Source: a virus (Duplodnaviria > Caudoviricetes). Taken from it: a DNA stretch of 53,849 nucleotides. Positions 19,379-28,520 of this stretch are shown piece by piece. The stretch's first letter is position 1, and every line of letters begins with the position of its first letter. The translations under genes and the position numbers were made by a program. The stretch lies in IMG/VR virus record IMGVR_UViG_3300047457_000833, positions 1 to 53,849 of that record. One strand, 5' to 3'. Under the pieces are notes generated by a model that was not told where the DNA came from, made no database searches, and saw only the letters and a program-made list of their open reading frames with translations.

Positions 19379-19626
19379 AAGCCAAGAGAGTCAAGGTTCC
19401 AACGCTGTTAAAGCAGCGCAAGTTCGTTGGAGCGAACCTGCGCGAGATGCGAGTCAAGTCGAATCTCACCCAGACCGCGCTCGCACAAATGTGCGACATT
19501 GACCGCAAAACGATCAACCGCATCGAGAACGGCCACTTCTCGCCATCAGTCGACACACTGGTGCGAATCGCCAAAGCCTGCGCAACCACGCCAGCGACCG
19601 TGCTGAAAGGAATCGATCAACTGTGA
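19375..19626 (+). CDS. XRE-family HTH transcriptional regulator
   Basis: LREMR...LTQTALAQMCDIDRKTINRIENGHFSPSVDTLVRIA; GAGGAG RBS. Confidence 0.9.
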   Translation: MKAKRVKVPTLLKQRKFVGANLREMRVKSNLTQTALAQMCDIDRKTINRIENGHFSPSVDTLVRIAKACATTPATVLKGIDQL

Positions 19627-20171
19627 GCATCATCCCACACGAACTCGACGAGGTCACGGAGAGTCCCGAGCGTGAACACTTCCGCGTCAACGACGACGGA
19701 GCAGCCGCTTGGGCCATTGAACGGCTCGCCGAGGTGAAAGCCGAGATGGCCAAGCATCAAGCCCTCCGCGACAAAGGAGTGCAGCGTCTGGACGACTGGC
19801 TCGAGCACGTGCAGAAGCCTCTGGTGGCGAACGCATCGTTCTTTGAGCATCTGCTCGCCGACTACGCTCGTCGTCAACGGCTCGAGAGCGACCGCAAAAC
19901 CATCGCGCTGCCACACGGCAAAGTGTCAACCCGAGTGACGAAGCCAAAGTTGCTGATCGATCCTGAGAGGTTCCTCGAGTGGGCGCGCGCCAACCGACCA
20001 GCGTTCATCCGCATCAAAGAGGAAGCCAACATCACGGAGATGAACGCGTCGGTGGTGATCCAAGACGCCAAAGTGATCGATCCTGACACGGGTCAAATCA
20101 TCGACGGCGTGTCGGCCACTAGCGAAGAGTTGTCAATCAAAATAACGGTCAACGAGGAGGAAAATCAATGA
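19623..20171 (+). CDS. Mu Gam-like host-nuclease inhibitor
   Basis: FRVNDDGAAAWAI, coiled coil, KTIALPHGKVSTR. Confidence 0.75.
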   Translation: MSIIPHELDEVTESPEREHFRVNDDGAAAWAIERLAEVKAEMAKHQALRDKGVQRLDDWLEHVQKPLVANASFFEHLLADYARRQRLESDRKTIALPHGKVSTRVTKPKLLIDPERFLEWARANRPAFIRIKEEANITEMNASVVIQDAKVIDPDTGQIIDGVSATSEELSIKITVNEEENQ

Positions 20172-21115
20172 CCATGTTCCAGCCAGCAACAAAGAAACAG
20201 GCACGCGCCCGTGTCGCCATGTCTGGGCCATCAGGCTCAGGCAAAACGATGTGGGCGTTGATCTGGGCCACGACGCTCGCCAACGGCGGCAAGGTGGCAT
20301 TCATCGACACCGAACGAGGATCGGCATCCCTGTACGCCGACCGCTTCCAGTTCGATGTGCTTCAGATGGCTCCACCGTTCCACCCAGATCGACTCATCCA
20401 AGCCCTCAACGACGCCCAGAAAGCAGGATACGACGCGGTGATCGTTGATTCGCTCACACACTTCTGGAGTGGAGCAGGTGGCGTGCTCGAGATCGTCGAC
20501 GAGGCTTCGGCACGCTTCAAAGGCAACAGCCACGCTGCATGGCAGGTTGGCACACCGATCCAGCAAAAGATGGTGGACGCGCTGCTCGCCTTTGACGGGC
20601 ATCTCATCGCCACGATGCGAGCCAAAACCGAATGGGTGATGGAACAAGGCCAAAACGGCAAGATGACGCCACGCAAGGTTGGTCTCGCACCGCAGCAACG
20701 CTCAGACATCGAGTTTGAGTTCACGCTGTTCTTGGACATCGATCACGAGCACCGCGCAACGGTCGGCAAGACACGATACGCCAAGTTTCAGAACCGTGTG
20801 ATCGGGCCTGACGACGCAGTCGGTGCTGCTAAAGACTTCGCCGAATGGTTGATGTCTGGTGAAACCGCCACGCCAGCCGTCAAAACGGTGACGCCGAGCG
20901 AGCCTGTCGGCGACCGTGCACCAATCGCAGCCATCGCCGAGATTCGTGCGCGCGTCAATGCGCTACCTGCTGAAGCCAAAACGAAACTGCGTGATACATG
21001 GAATCAGATTCTGCTTCCAAAGATTGATCTGCTCACCGCCGATCAGGTCACGCTCGCGCACGCAGCCATCGACGCCGTCACAGAGTTTGACGACGGCGAA
21101 CTTCTCGACGCATAA
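20168..21115 (+). CDS. AAA_24 / Sak4-like ATPase recombinase
   Basis: GPSGSGKT Walker A, IDTERGS, IVDSLTHFW, LIATMRAK, EFEF. Confidence 0.85.
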   Translation: MTMFQPATKKQARARVAMSGPSGSGKTMWALIWATTLANGGKVAFIDTERGSASLYADRFQFDVLQMAPPFHPDRLIQALNDAQKAGYDAVIVDSLTHFWSGAGGVLEIVDEASARFKGNSHAAWQVGTPIQQKMVDALLAFDGHLIATMRAKTEWVMEQGQNGKMTPRKVGLAPQQRSDIEFEFTLFLDIDHEHRATVGKTRYAKFQNRVIGPDDAVGAAKDFAEWLMSGETATPAVKTVTPSEPVGDRAPIAAIAEIRARVNALPAEAKTKLRDTWNQILLPKIDLLTADQVTLAHAAIDAVTEFDDGELLDA

Positions 21116-21334
21116 ACCTCGTTCCCCACAAGGTGCGTCGAGTCGCTACCTGCCGCAGGGTCATGGTCAACCCTGCGGCAGGAGCATTTTGGGCGTGACG
21201 ACGCGCACCCGAGGAGAAGGACAGTGCGCGCCGACCAGCACTGAGACTGGCTAAATGAATCTATCCGACAAAGGACGGTAACCATAGTTGCGTTGCATCT
21301 CTGTTGATGGCATAGTGGCGCGCGAGGAGGCCGC

Positions 21335-22072
21335 ATGAGCGGATTATTGCTAGACGAACAGTTCGTGGCCGTGTTCCCAAGCCTTGTGAAACGGTTGGGT
21401 GGAATGAACGAGGCAGCGGTGCTCCAGACCGTGCACTTCGCCAGCCGACTGAGTGAGGTGCATCACGAAAACTTTGTGTGGGTCGAATTAACTTCAACGG
21501 CGATTAGCCGTCAAACAGGGCTGTCGAGCGACCAAGTGTTTCGCGCTCTGTCAACGCTTCGGGAGCAGGGCGTGCTGATCGCCAAGACAAGCCCGAAGGG
21601 TGGCCGCAAATTGATCTGGCGAATCGACATGGACATCCTCGAGGGGATACCGCGAAATCGCGGAATCGATACCGCGAAATCGCGTAATGCATTCCGCGAA
21701 TCCGCAACATCCACTACATATAAAGAAGATAAAGAAGAATCTAAGAACAACACTCTTTTCCCTGAAGCGAAAATCCTTCCGATCCGACCTTCTGAGCCAC
21801 CGAGCGGAAGCACGGTGGTGATCGCCTTCGTTGAGGAGTTCAAAGCCGCCCACTCCCGTGAGCCTGATTCGGGGTCTGTGGGCAGAATCGGGCAGACCGC
21901 TAAACGGCTGCTGAAAACAGGCTCAACCGTTGACGATCTGGTTGAGGCGGCGAAACTGTGCGCTCGAGCAGGCCACGCCAATCTGTCGGCCAGCCTGCTG
22001 AAACACATCGCCAAACCCACAGAGCCGAAGGGCTTCAAAGGAATCAGGGAGTTCCTTGATGACGAAGAATGA
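21335..22072 (+). CDS. Replication initiator with N-terminal winged HTH
   Basis: LLLDEQFVAVFPSL...NEAAVLQ, HTH, internal iterons, followed by a helicase-loader-like gene. Confidence 0.7.
   Translation: MSGLLLDEQFVAVFPSLVKRLGGMNEAAVLQTVHFASRLSEVHHENFVWVELTSTAISRQTGLSSDQVFRALSTLREQGVLIAKTSPKGGRKLIWRIDMDILEGIPRNRGIDTAKSRNAFRESATSTTYKEDKEESKNNTLFPEAKILPIRPSEPPSGSTVVIAFVEEFKAAHSREPDSGSVGRIGQTAKRLLKTGSTVDDLVEAAKLCARAGHANLSASLLKHIAKPTEPKGFKGIREFLDDEE
21646..21750. repeat. Putative replication origin: iterons plus A-rich tract
   Basis: GATACCGCGAAATCGCG at 21646 and 21668, third CCGCGAA core at 21694 (22-bp period), then an A-rich stretch ~21714-21750. Confidence 0.65.
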
Positions 22073-22526
22073 GGTCGCCAAACTGCTCGCCATCTGTAGC
22101 GCAGCATTTCCCCATGTCACCGTGTCAAAAGAAACCGCGTCCGTGTACGCCGAAATGCTCGGCGATCTCGACTTTGAGCAGGCTTTGCGAGGCCTTCGTC
22201 GAGTGCTTGCAACCAGCCACTTCTTCCCATCAATCGCGGCGATACGAGACGCCTACGTCGCAGTAAGTGGGCATCGCCCACCATCAATCGAGGAAGCGTG
22301 GGGTGAGGTGATCCATGCCGCCAAAACAGTCGGCGCGTCAACGCTGCCAACATGGAGTCATGAAGCAGTCGCTAGTGCAGTCTCGGCTCTAGGATGGAGA
22401 GAAATCTGCATGGCCGATAACGCGAGCGTCCTGCGCGCCCACTTCTTCAAAGTGTACGAAGGCGCGGTCAAAACGGTGCTCGAGCGCGCACTCCCATCAA
22501 ACGCCAGACCAGCGTTGAATTCGTGA
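22059..22526 (+). CDS. Helicase loader/inhibitor (SPP1 G39P-like)
   Basis: MTKNEVAKLLA...AFP...LGDLDF...FFPSIAAIR...EEAWGEV. Confidence 0.7.
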   Translation: MTKNEVAKLLAICSAAFPHVTVSKETASVYAEMLGDLDFEQALRGLRRVLATSHFFPSIAAIRDAYVAVSGHRPPSIEEAWGEVIHAAKTVGASTLPTWSHEAVASAVSALGWREICMADNASVLRAHFFKVYEGAVKTVLERALPSNARPALNS

Positions 22527-22855
22527 AGCGTTCCAAGCCGATCCGTCGCACGCCACTCAAGCGTGGCCAGCCACCGAAAAGGAAAACCATGCTCAAAAAC
22601 AAGCGCGGAGACAGTGCCAAACTCCGCAAAGCCCGAAACCTCTCCTTCGAGCGCGCAGAAGGCCTCTGTGAGGCCTTCTGGGAGGGCTGTACGCGCAGAG
22701 GCGAGGCAGCCCACCATGTGCGCCGCAGATCGCAAGGAGGAGCCGACACACCCGAGAATCTGCTGATCGTCTGCACCCACTGTCACACACAAATCCACGC
22801 GAACCCCGAAATAGCGCACCATAAAGGACATCTGAAGTTCGGCGAAGATGCTTGA
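22523..22855 (+). CDS. HNH endonuclease
   Basis: CE...C...HHVRRRSQGG...NLLIVCTHCH. Confidence 0.85.
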   Translation: MKRSKPIRRTPLKRGQPPKRKTMLKNKRGDSAKLRKARNLSFERAEGLCEAFWEGCTRRGEAAHHVRRRSQGGADTPENLLIVCTHCHTQIHANPEIAHHKGHLKFGEDA

Positions 22856-23279
22856 CCCAAACCTCGACGACCTTTACCGTGATCCTGTGGCCTACGTGAC
22901 GAGCGTCCTGCACTACGGCAAACGGCCCGTCACCCTGAACGCCGAACGTCGAATGCATCACTTCGAGCGCGCCAAAATTGTTAAAGAGTGGCGCAACGCA
23001 TTTGCGTGGCTCGCCAAACTTAATCATGTGCCACGCCACGACCGAGTGGTGATAATCGCCCAACCCCACCTCAAAGGCGGCAGAATGCAGGACTGCGACG
23101 CCTGCCACCCATCCGTCAAAGCAGCCATCGACGGCTTAGTCGACGCTGGAGTGCTGATCGACGACAGCCCACCGCACGTCCTCGAGATTCGCTACATGGC
23201 CCCTCTCCCGTCAAGCGACGACGGTCTCACGATCACAGTCATCTCCCGAAACACGACCGAAAAGGAGCCAACCACATGA
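22848..23279 (+). CDS. RusA-like Holliday junction resolvase
   Basis: DCDA...KAAIDGLVDAGVLIDDS. Confidence 0.75.
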   Translation: MLDPNLDDLYRDPVAYVTSVLHYGKRPVTLNAERRMHHFERAKIVKEWRNAFAWLAKLNHVPRHDRVVIIAQPHLKGGRMQDCDACHPSVKAAIDGLVDAGVLIDDSPPHVLEIRYMAPLPSSDDGLTITVISRNTTEKEPTT

Positions 23280-23755
23280 ACGAACCCACCCTGCCGTACA
23301 ACGGCCACTCAGGTGCAGTGACCGCCTCCGACACATCGCTCGAGCGCGCCCTCGCCGAGGACGCGAACGGCACGACCGCCGCCCGATGCAACCTGATCCT
23401 CGAGCACCTCAAGATGCGCACACACGGCCTCACATGGGCCGAACTCGGTGCGATGCTGAATCTTCATCACGGACAGGTGTCGGGCGCACTATCAATCATG
23501 CACAAAAACGGGCAAATCTTTGCGCTTCGCGCCAAACGAAACCGTTCCCACCCCTACGTCCACGCCTGCTACCGCGACCTTTACGAACCCACCCACCGCT
23601 TCGATGAGCCAGTCAAAACGAAAGCCAGACAGGAACGCGAAGCCCTACAGGAACTACTTGAGGCAGTCGACGCGCTCCTCGATCAAACCACATGGGACAC
23701 GATCCGCAGGCTACGAGTCGCTCGAGCGACCGTGTCCGATATCGACCTCCAGTAG
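23276..23755 (+). CDS. Hypothetical winged-HTH protein
   Basis: GLTWAELGAMLNLHHGQVSGALSIMHK; AAGGAG RBS. Confidence 0.55.
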   Translation: MNEPTLPYNGHSGAVTASDTSLERALAEDANGTTAARCNLILEHLKMRTHGLTWAELGAMLNLHHGQVSGALSIMHKNGQIFALRAKRNRSHPYVHACYRDLYEPTHRFDEPVKTKARQEREALQELLEAVDALLDQTTWDTIRRLRVARATVSDIDLQ

Positions 23756-23805
23756 CGTCAGCCACCTCACCCTGCTAAAGTAAGCGCGGTAAAGGCAGGA
23801 GACTC

Positions 23806-24036
23806 ATGGCTACCCAAACCCAAGACCCCGAACTCGTCAACGCGCTACTTCAAAAAGCCGCCGAACTAACGGAAATGATGCGTCAACATCAAACCGCCGT
23901 CCAACGCATCGGCGAGCACCGCCGAGTGGTGATCCGATCCTTACGCGAGCACGGCTGCCCCTACCGCCTCATCGCCACCACCTGCGGCGTAACCGACCAA
24001 GCCCTCTACGCAGACCTAAGGAAGCACCCAGAATGA
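23806..24036 (+). CDS. Small HTH protein
   Basis: GCPYRLIATTCGVTDQALY; AGGAG RBS. Confidence 0.6.
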   Translation: MATQTQDPELVNALLQKAAELTEMMRQHQTAVQRIGEHRRVVIRSLREHGCPYRLIATTCGVTDQALYADLRKHPE

Positions 24037-24266
24037 ACCCCACCTACCGTCTAGTGGTGATCCCCGACGACGAACGCCTCGAGTCCGTCAACGCCTACAT
24101 TTGGGCTGTCACAGCCGACATCGGAGAAGCCAAATGGCTGGTAATCGCCGAGAACGCCGACGACGCCATCCACATCGCTGTCGGTCGAAGCGGCATCGCT
24201 GCGCCAGCCCTCACAGTCAAACGGGCCACGTTCGCCGACCTTGACGCTGTGATCGACGCCGACTAG
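24033..24266 (+). CDS. Hypothetical protein
   Basis: ATGA overlap with upstream gene. Confidence 0.5.
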   Translation: MNPTYRLVVIPDDERLESVNAYIWAVTADIGEAKWLVIAENADDAIHIAVGRSGIAAPALTVKRATFADLDAVIDAD

Positions 24267-24312
24267 CCCTAAACGGTGCTGAAACCGCGCAAATGCGCGA
24301 CTGAACAAGTGG

Positions 24313-24342
24313 TTGACTTATCCCTTCAAGCGTCCGTAAATT
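24313..24342 (+). promoter_or_regulatory. Putative promoter of the C5 methyltransferase
   Basis: TTGACT-18 bp-TAAATT. Confidence 0.5.
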
Positions 24343-24373
24343 CGTCCCGACCTATGGATAACGACAGGCCTTC

Positions 24374-25387
24374 ATGACGGCGACGAAACCGACATTTGGA
24401 TCGCTTTTTGCAGGGGTCGGTGGCTTCGATATGGGCATGGAGCAGGCAGGTTGGGATTGCAGGTTCCAAGTCGAATGGGACTTTAACTGCCAGACGATTC
24501 TCGGCAAACATTGGCCACTCGTACCGAAGTGGGGAGACGTGTCGAGCGTGGAAGGCAGCGACCTTCCGCCAGTTGACTGCATCATCTTCGGCTCACCCTG
24601 CCAAGACCTGTCGGTCGCTGGAAAACGGGATGGGCTACGCGGTCAACGATCAGGACTGTTTTACGACGCAATTCGAATAATAAAGGAGATGCGAGATGCA
24701 ACAAATGGAACTTTTCCCCGATGGGCAATTTGGGAAAACGTCGCAGGAGCCTTGTCCTCAAACGCTGGACGAGATTTTGGCGCAGTCATCAATGAAATGG
24801 TTAAAGCAGGGTCGGTTCTCGTCGAATACGCTCTGTTGGATGCGCAGTACTTTGGAATCGCCCAACGAAGAAAGCGCGTGTTCGTGGTCGCTTGCTTCGA
24901 TTCTTCAACGGCCAGACACTGTCCCGATCCGTTACTCCCTGTCGGCGAGAGCCTGCGAGGGGATTTTGAGACGGGCAGCCAAAACGCGCAAAGAGTTGCC
25001 AGCGTGGCTGCATCGGTCGCTCGAGATGCTGATCTTCACAACGAAGCAGAGGTAGTTTTACTGGACGGAACTCGGGTAAATGACGTTCGCGTATATCATC
25101 CGCCAGTGCAAACCCTCAAGTCGCGCATGGGGACGGGTGGGAACAACGTTCCAGTCATCGCCCACCCTGTGCACGGAATAAGACGCCTGACGCCCCTCGA
25201 GTGTGAAAGGTTGATGGGCTGGCCTGACGATCACACGCGCTGGAGGGCAGACGGCACGGAGCAGGCCGACACCCACCGCTACAAGCAGTGTGGGAACGGC
25301 GTGGCTTCGCCAGTCGCCAGATGGATCGGCAGCCATGTGCTGAAAGCGCACGTTTCGGCCCTTGAAGGGCTTAACTGCGCGGAATGA
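24374..25387 (+). CDS. DNA (cytosine-5) methyltransferase
   Basis: SLFAGVGG, GSPCQDLS, ENV, QRRKRVF, RRLTPLECERLMG, GNGV motifs. Confidence 0.95.
   Translation: MTATKPTFGSLFAGVGGFDMGMEQAGWDCRFQVEWDFNCQTILGKHWPLVPKWGDVSSVEGSDLPPVDCIIFGSPCQDLSVAGKRDGLRGQRSGLFYDAIRIIKEMRDATNGTFPRWAIWENVAGALSSNAGRDFGAVINEMVKAGSVLVEYALLDAQYFGIAQRRKRVFVVACFDSSTARHCPDPLLPVGESLRGDFETGSQNAQRVASVAASVARDADLHNEAEVVLLDGTRVNDVRVYHPPVQTLKSRMGTGGNNVPVIAHPVHGIRRLTPLECERLMGWPDDHTRWRADGTEQADTHRYKQCGNGVASPVARWIGSHVLKAHVSALEGLNCAE
24696..25055 (+). CDS. Out-of-frame nested ORF, M.EcoHK31I beta-like polypeptide
   Basis: AAGGAG 7 nt before ATG; LASIL...PIRYSLSARACEGILRRA...ELPAWL. Confidence 0.55.
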   Translation: MQQMELFPDGQFGKTSQEPCPQTLDEILAQSSMKWLKQGRFSSNTLCWMRSTLESPNEESACSWSLASILQRPDTVPIRYSLSARACEGILRRAAKTRKELPAWLHRSLEMLIFTTKQR

Positions 25388-25395
25388 CGGGATGG

Positions 25396-25425
25396 TTGAC
25401 TTCATACCCTCAATGCCCCTAAAGT
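25396..25425 (+). promoter_or_regulatory. Putative early promoter
   Basis: TTGACT-18 bp-TAAAGT, then AAGGAGG RBS and ATG 25444. Confidence 0.6.
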
Positions 25426-25443
25426 GGGGTCAAGGAGGTCATC

Positions 25444-25788
25444 ATGGAACACAAAGCACCACGACTGGTCAGCCAGTACGGTGAGGATTGCACAGGGTAC
25501 GGGGATCACGTCTCCGTAAGCACATTCTCGTGGGAGGTCTTGGAATACCGAGACATCCAGTGCGAGATCGAGTACCAGTTCATCGGGTACGACGACGAGG
25601 GCGGCGACATCATCCTCTCTCGCTACGTCCTCGCAATGGAGACGAGCAAGGGACACGTTGAAGAACGCTACGAAAGCGAGTGGATCGTTGCTCGTCGCAT
25701 TGACTACCTACTTGACTCCGCCGAAGGGGTGGCGCACTCCGACGACACCGAGCAATTCGTCCGAGAAGTCGAAACGGCCAGCCGATGA
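25444..25788 (+). CDS. Acidic hypothetical protein
   Basis: Strong RBS, upstream promoter. Confidence 0.6.
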   Translation: MEHKAPRLVSQYGEDCTGYGDHVSVSTFSWEVLEYRDIQCEIEYQFIGYDDEGGDIILSRYVLAMETSKGHVEERYESEWIVARRIDYLLDSAEGVAHSDDTEQFVREVETASR

Positions 25789-26276
25789 CCAAGTGCCGAT
25801 ACTGCCAAGACGAGGTGATCTGGCGCACTAGCGCGAAGGGAAACAAATACCTCGCCGTCCAAGCGGAGATTCGTGGAGACGACGGGCGCGTCATCAAGGT
25901 GATCTACCCTGCCCACGAATGTCGTGCCACACCCGAGGAACGCGCAGCCATCGACGCTGCCCGACCAGCCGCACCATTCAAACGCGGAGACGAGGTGGTG
26001 CTGATCGACCATCCGCACATCTACGGCCAAGTGTTCTTCGTCAAACTCCACGAGGAGGACGAGTACCGCATCGGCTTCGGCAGGAAACAGTACAAAGCGG
26101 CCAGCAAAGGCGACTGGACGGTCGGCGTCGACTGGATCACGGTCGCCGAGCCAGCCGACAGCAAACTCAAAATCAAGCAGTACGTCAAGTCTGACGCACT
26201 CAGAATCCTCACCGAGGCCGACAAAGACGAAATCGTCCAGATAGTGCTGAAACAGAGACAAGGAGAAACCCAATGA
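25785..26276 (+). CDS. Hypothetical protein with N-terminal Zn-ribbon
   Basis: CRYC...W...HEC; ATGA coupling. Confidence 0.55.
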   Translation: MTKCRYCQDEVIWRTSAKGNKYLAVQAEIRGDDGRVIKVIYPAHECRATPEERAAIDAARPAAPFKRGDEVVLIDHPHIYGQVFFVKLHEEDEYRIGFGRKQYKAASKGDWTVGVDWITVAEPADSKLKIKQYVKSDALRILTEADKDEIVQIVLKQRQGETQ

Positions 26277-26482
26277 GCATGCTGAGAATGTTCACGATCA
26301 AATGCGACGGCTGCGGAAACGACGGCGACGACGAAGGCCTCTACGGCCCTTACTCGAGCGACGTCCGCGACGACGCCCGAGGCTACGGCTGGCGCATCGG
26401 CAACAAGGATTACTGCCCTGACTGCGTCGCCAAAATGTTATGCCCAACCTGCCAAACCCCGATCAGAGAGGAACAACAATGA
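26273..26482 (+). CDS. Small Zn-finger protein
   Basis: CDGC...GW...DYCPDC...CPTC; AAGGAG RBS. Confidence 0.6.
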   Translation: MSMLRMFTIKCDGCGNDGDDEGLYGPYSSDVRDDARGYGWRIGNKDYCPDCVAKMLCPTCQTPIREEQQ

Positions 26483-26628
26483 AACTGGACTGGTGGAAGT
26501 ACCTGCCCGAACAAGTCCAAAACGGGAACGAGCCGTTGACCGACGACGACTTCTGGGAAGCCGTAGCCGAATCGCGTGGCTGCGACCCATCAGAGATCGC
26601 AGACGGCGACCCCGAAGAATGGCTCTAA
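26479..26628 (+). CDS. Small acidic hypothetical protein
   Basis: GAGG RBS; ATGA coupling; 49 aa. Confidence 0.45.
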   Translation: MKLDWWKYLPEQVQNGNEPLTDDDFWEAVAESRGCDPSEIADGDPEEWL

Positions 26629-26655
26629 ACCACACGACCCGAAAGGAAACTAACC

Positions 26656-26877
26656 ATGATTGACCTGCGAGACCTCACCGTCAAGGTGAACTACCTGCGC
26701 GACGGCGCACTCCACGCCGACGCCGACATCAAACTGCTTGGCCCAGAAGGCGCGCACCGCGCGTTAGGCGAACGCGTCATCGCGCTCATCGACAACCTCA
26801 ACCCAGAGACCCGTGACTACATCGTCTGCGCCTACATCGAGGGCTACCTGCTGAAAATGCTTAACCCGAACCTGTAA
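26656..26877 (+). CDS. Hypothetical protein
   Basis: AAAGGA RBS; 73 aa. Confidence 0.55.
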   Translation: MIDLRDLTVKVNYLRDGALHADADIKLLGPEGAHRALGERVIALIDNLNPETRDYIVCAYIEGYLLKMLNPNL

Positions 26878-26916
26878 ATCCTTTCGCAGCCACCCGAACC
26901 GAACTAGGGTGGCTAA

Positions 26917-27363
26917 ATGGGCCAGTCACTCATCCCTCGACCATCATGGTGGGATGACGCATTGTGCCGAGGAATGGGTGTCGATCTGTTCTTCGGGCCT
27001 GAACCGACGGCTGCTGAAACCGTCGCCAAACGACGCCAACGCGAAGCCGAAGCCAAACGGGTCTGCGCAGGCTGCCACGTGTCCGTCGAATGCCTCGCCG
27101 ACGCACTCGCATTCAACGACGAAGGCGTCCGAGGCGGCCTGACACGCCACGAACGACTCCGCATCGCCGAACCCAAACCAGTCATCGGAGGATGGGTGGT
27201 GATCGCCACCAGCCCCAAACTTGGCGACGAAACCGTCATCGAACGCCGAACCCCACTAATGGCATCGCTCACCGACGAATACCGTGTCCGACGCAACAAC
27301 AAAATCATCCTCACAACCACAGACGAGGCTCAAGCATGGCGCACCCTGCACAACCACAAATAG
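26917..27363 (+). CDS. whiB: WhiB-family Fe-S transcription factor with C-terminal extension
   Basis: WWDDALC...DLFF...AKRVCAGCHVSVECL...GVRGGLT-xx-ER. Confidence 0.9.
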   Translation: MGQSLIPRPSWWDDALCRGMGVDLFFGPEPTAAETVAKRRQREAEAKRVCAGCHVSVECLADALAFNDEGVRGGLTRHERLRIAEPKPVIGGWVVIATSPKLGDETVIERRTPLMASLTDEYRVRRNNKIILTTTDEAQAWRTLHNHK

Positions 27364-28520
27364 GCAACGCGGAGAGCGTCCCCATTGATCTGCTGAAACC
27401 CCACCCGTCAAACCCTCGACGCGGCGACATCAAACTCATCGCCCACAGCCTCGCCACACACGGCCAATACCGACCGATAGTTGCGCAACGCTCCACCAAC
27501 CGCATCCTCGCAGGCAACCACACATGGGAAGCGGCACGACGCCTCAAATGGCCCTACATCGCCGTCACATGGGTCGACGTCGACGACACCGCCGCCACCC
27601 AAATCATGCTCGCCGACAACCGCGCCAGCGACCTCGCAAACTACGACCATGACGCGCTCTGCGCACTACTCCAAACCATCGACACGCTTGACGGCACAGG
27701 CTACGACCTCCACGACGTCCAAGAACTGCTGAAAGAACCCGAAGGCGACCTCAACATCACACCCATCGAACGCGACCCCACCCTCAAACCCGACATCGAA
27801 ATCGGGCCACATCAACTTTGGGTCGACCCGAACGCCACCGAGATTTGGCTCAAACTCCACGAACGAGACACACCCAAAGACACCGTCATCCATCTCCGCA
27901 ACCTCCTCAACATGCCCGAACCACCCAAACCGAAGCCGCTGCCAGCCACCGTCCCACACATCCACGAACACGCCGTCCAACTCGACACCGTCATCCCACA
28001 CCCACTCAACGCCCGACAAGGCGACATCGGCGCGATCTCCGAATCACTCCGCACACTCGGCCAATACAGACCCATCGTGGTGAACCTCCAAACCATGCAC
28101 ATCCTCGTCGGAAACCACACATGGCAAGCCGCCAAAACCCTCAAATGGGCAACCATCCGCGTCAACTGGGTAGACATCCCCGTCGACAAAGAACTCGCCA
28201 TTCTGCTGATCGACAACCGAACCGCCGACCTCGCCACCTACGACGACCGCCTCCTCCTCGAAGCCCTCAAAACCACACCCCTCACAGGCACAGGCTTCAC
28301 AAACGACGACCTTGACGACCTCATCCAAGACGTCAACAACAACCGCCCATACCGACGCTCCGCCAAAACCAGCGACATCCGATGCCGCGTCTACGAATGG
28401 AAATGGAAACTCCCACGCAGCCAATGGGACGAATGGAACACCCATGCTGATCCCCACCACCATGTCGCCACACAACTAAACCTTCCTGTAAACTCATGGA
28501 CAAAGGAGAAACCCCAATGA
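27336..28520 (+). CDS. Protein with two tandem ParB/Srx-like domains
   Basis: Two copies of PHPxNxRxGDI...SL...GQYRPIV...ILxGNHTWxAA...DNRxxDLAxYD. Confidence 0.85.
   Translation: MAHPAQPQIGNAESVPIDLLKPHPSNPRRGDIKLIAHSLATHGQYRPIVAQRSTNRILAGNHTWEAARRLKWPYIAVTWVDVDDTAATQIMLADNRASDLANYDHDALCALLQTIDTLDGTGYDLHDVQELLKEPEGDLNITPIERDPTLKPDIEIGPHQLWVDPNATEIWLKLHERDTPKDTVIHLRNLLNMPEPPKPKPLPATVPHIHEHAVQLDTVIPHPLNARQGDIGAISESLRTLGQYRPIVVNLQTMHILVGNHTWQAAKTLKWATIRVNWVDIPVDKELAILLIDNRTADLATYDDRLLLEALKTTPLTGTGFTNDDLDDLIQDVNNNRPYRRSAKTSDIRCRVYEWKWKLPRSQWDEWNTHADPHHHVATQLNLPVNSWTKEKPQ

Noticed and set aside
19375-19626. XRE gene as evidence of a lysogeny module or prophage
   Set aside because: No integrase, att site or host flanking genes seen; the sequence closes on itself
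21190-21270. tRNA or TPP riboswitch (CTGAGA) in the structured gap
   Set aside because: No cloverleaf or TTC loop, and the other TPP conserved elements are missing; kept only as an unassigned structure
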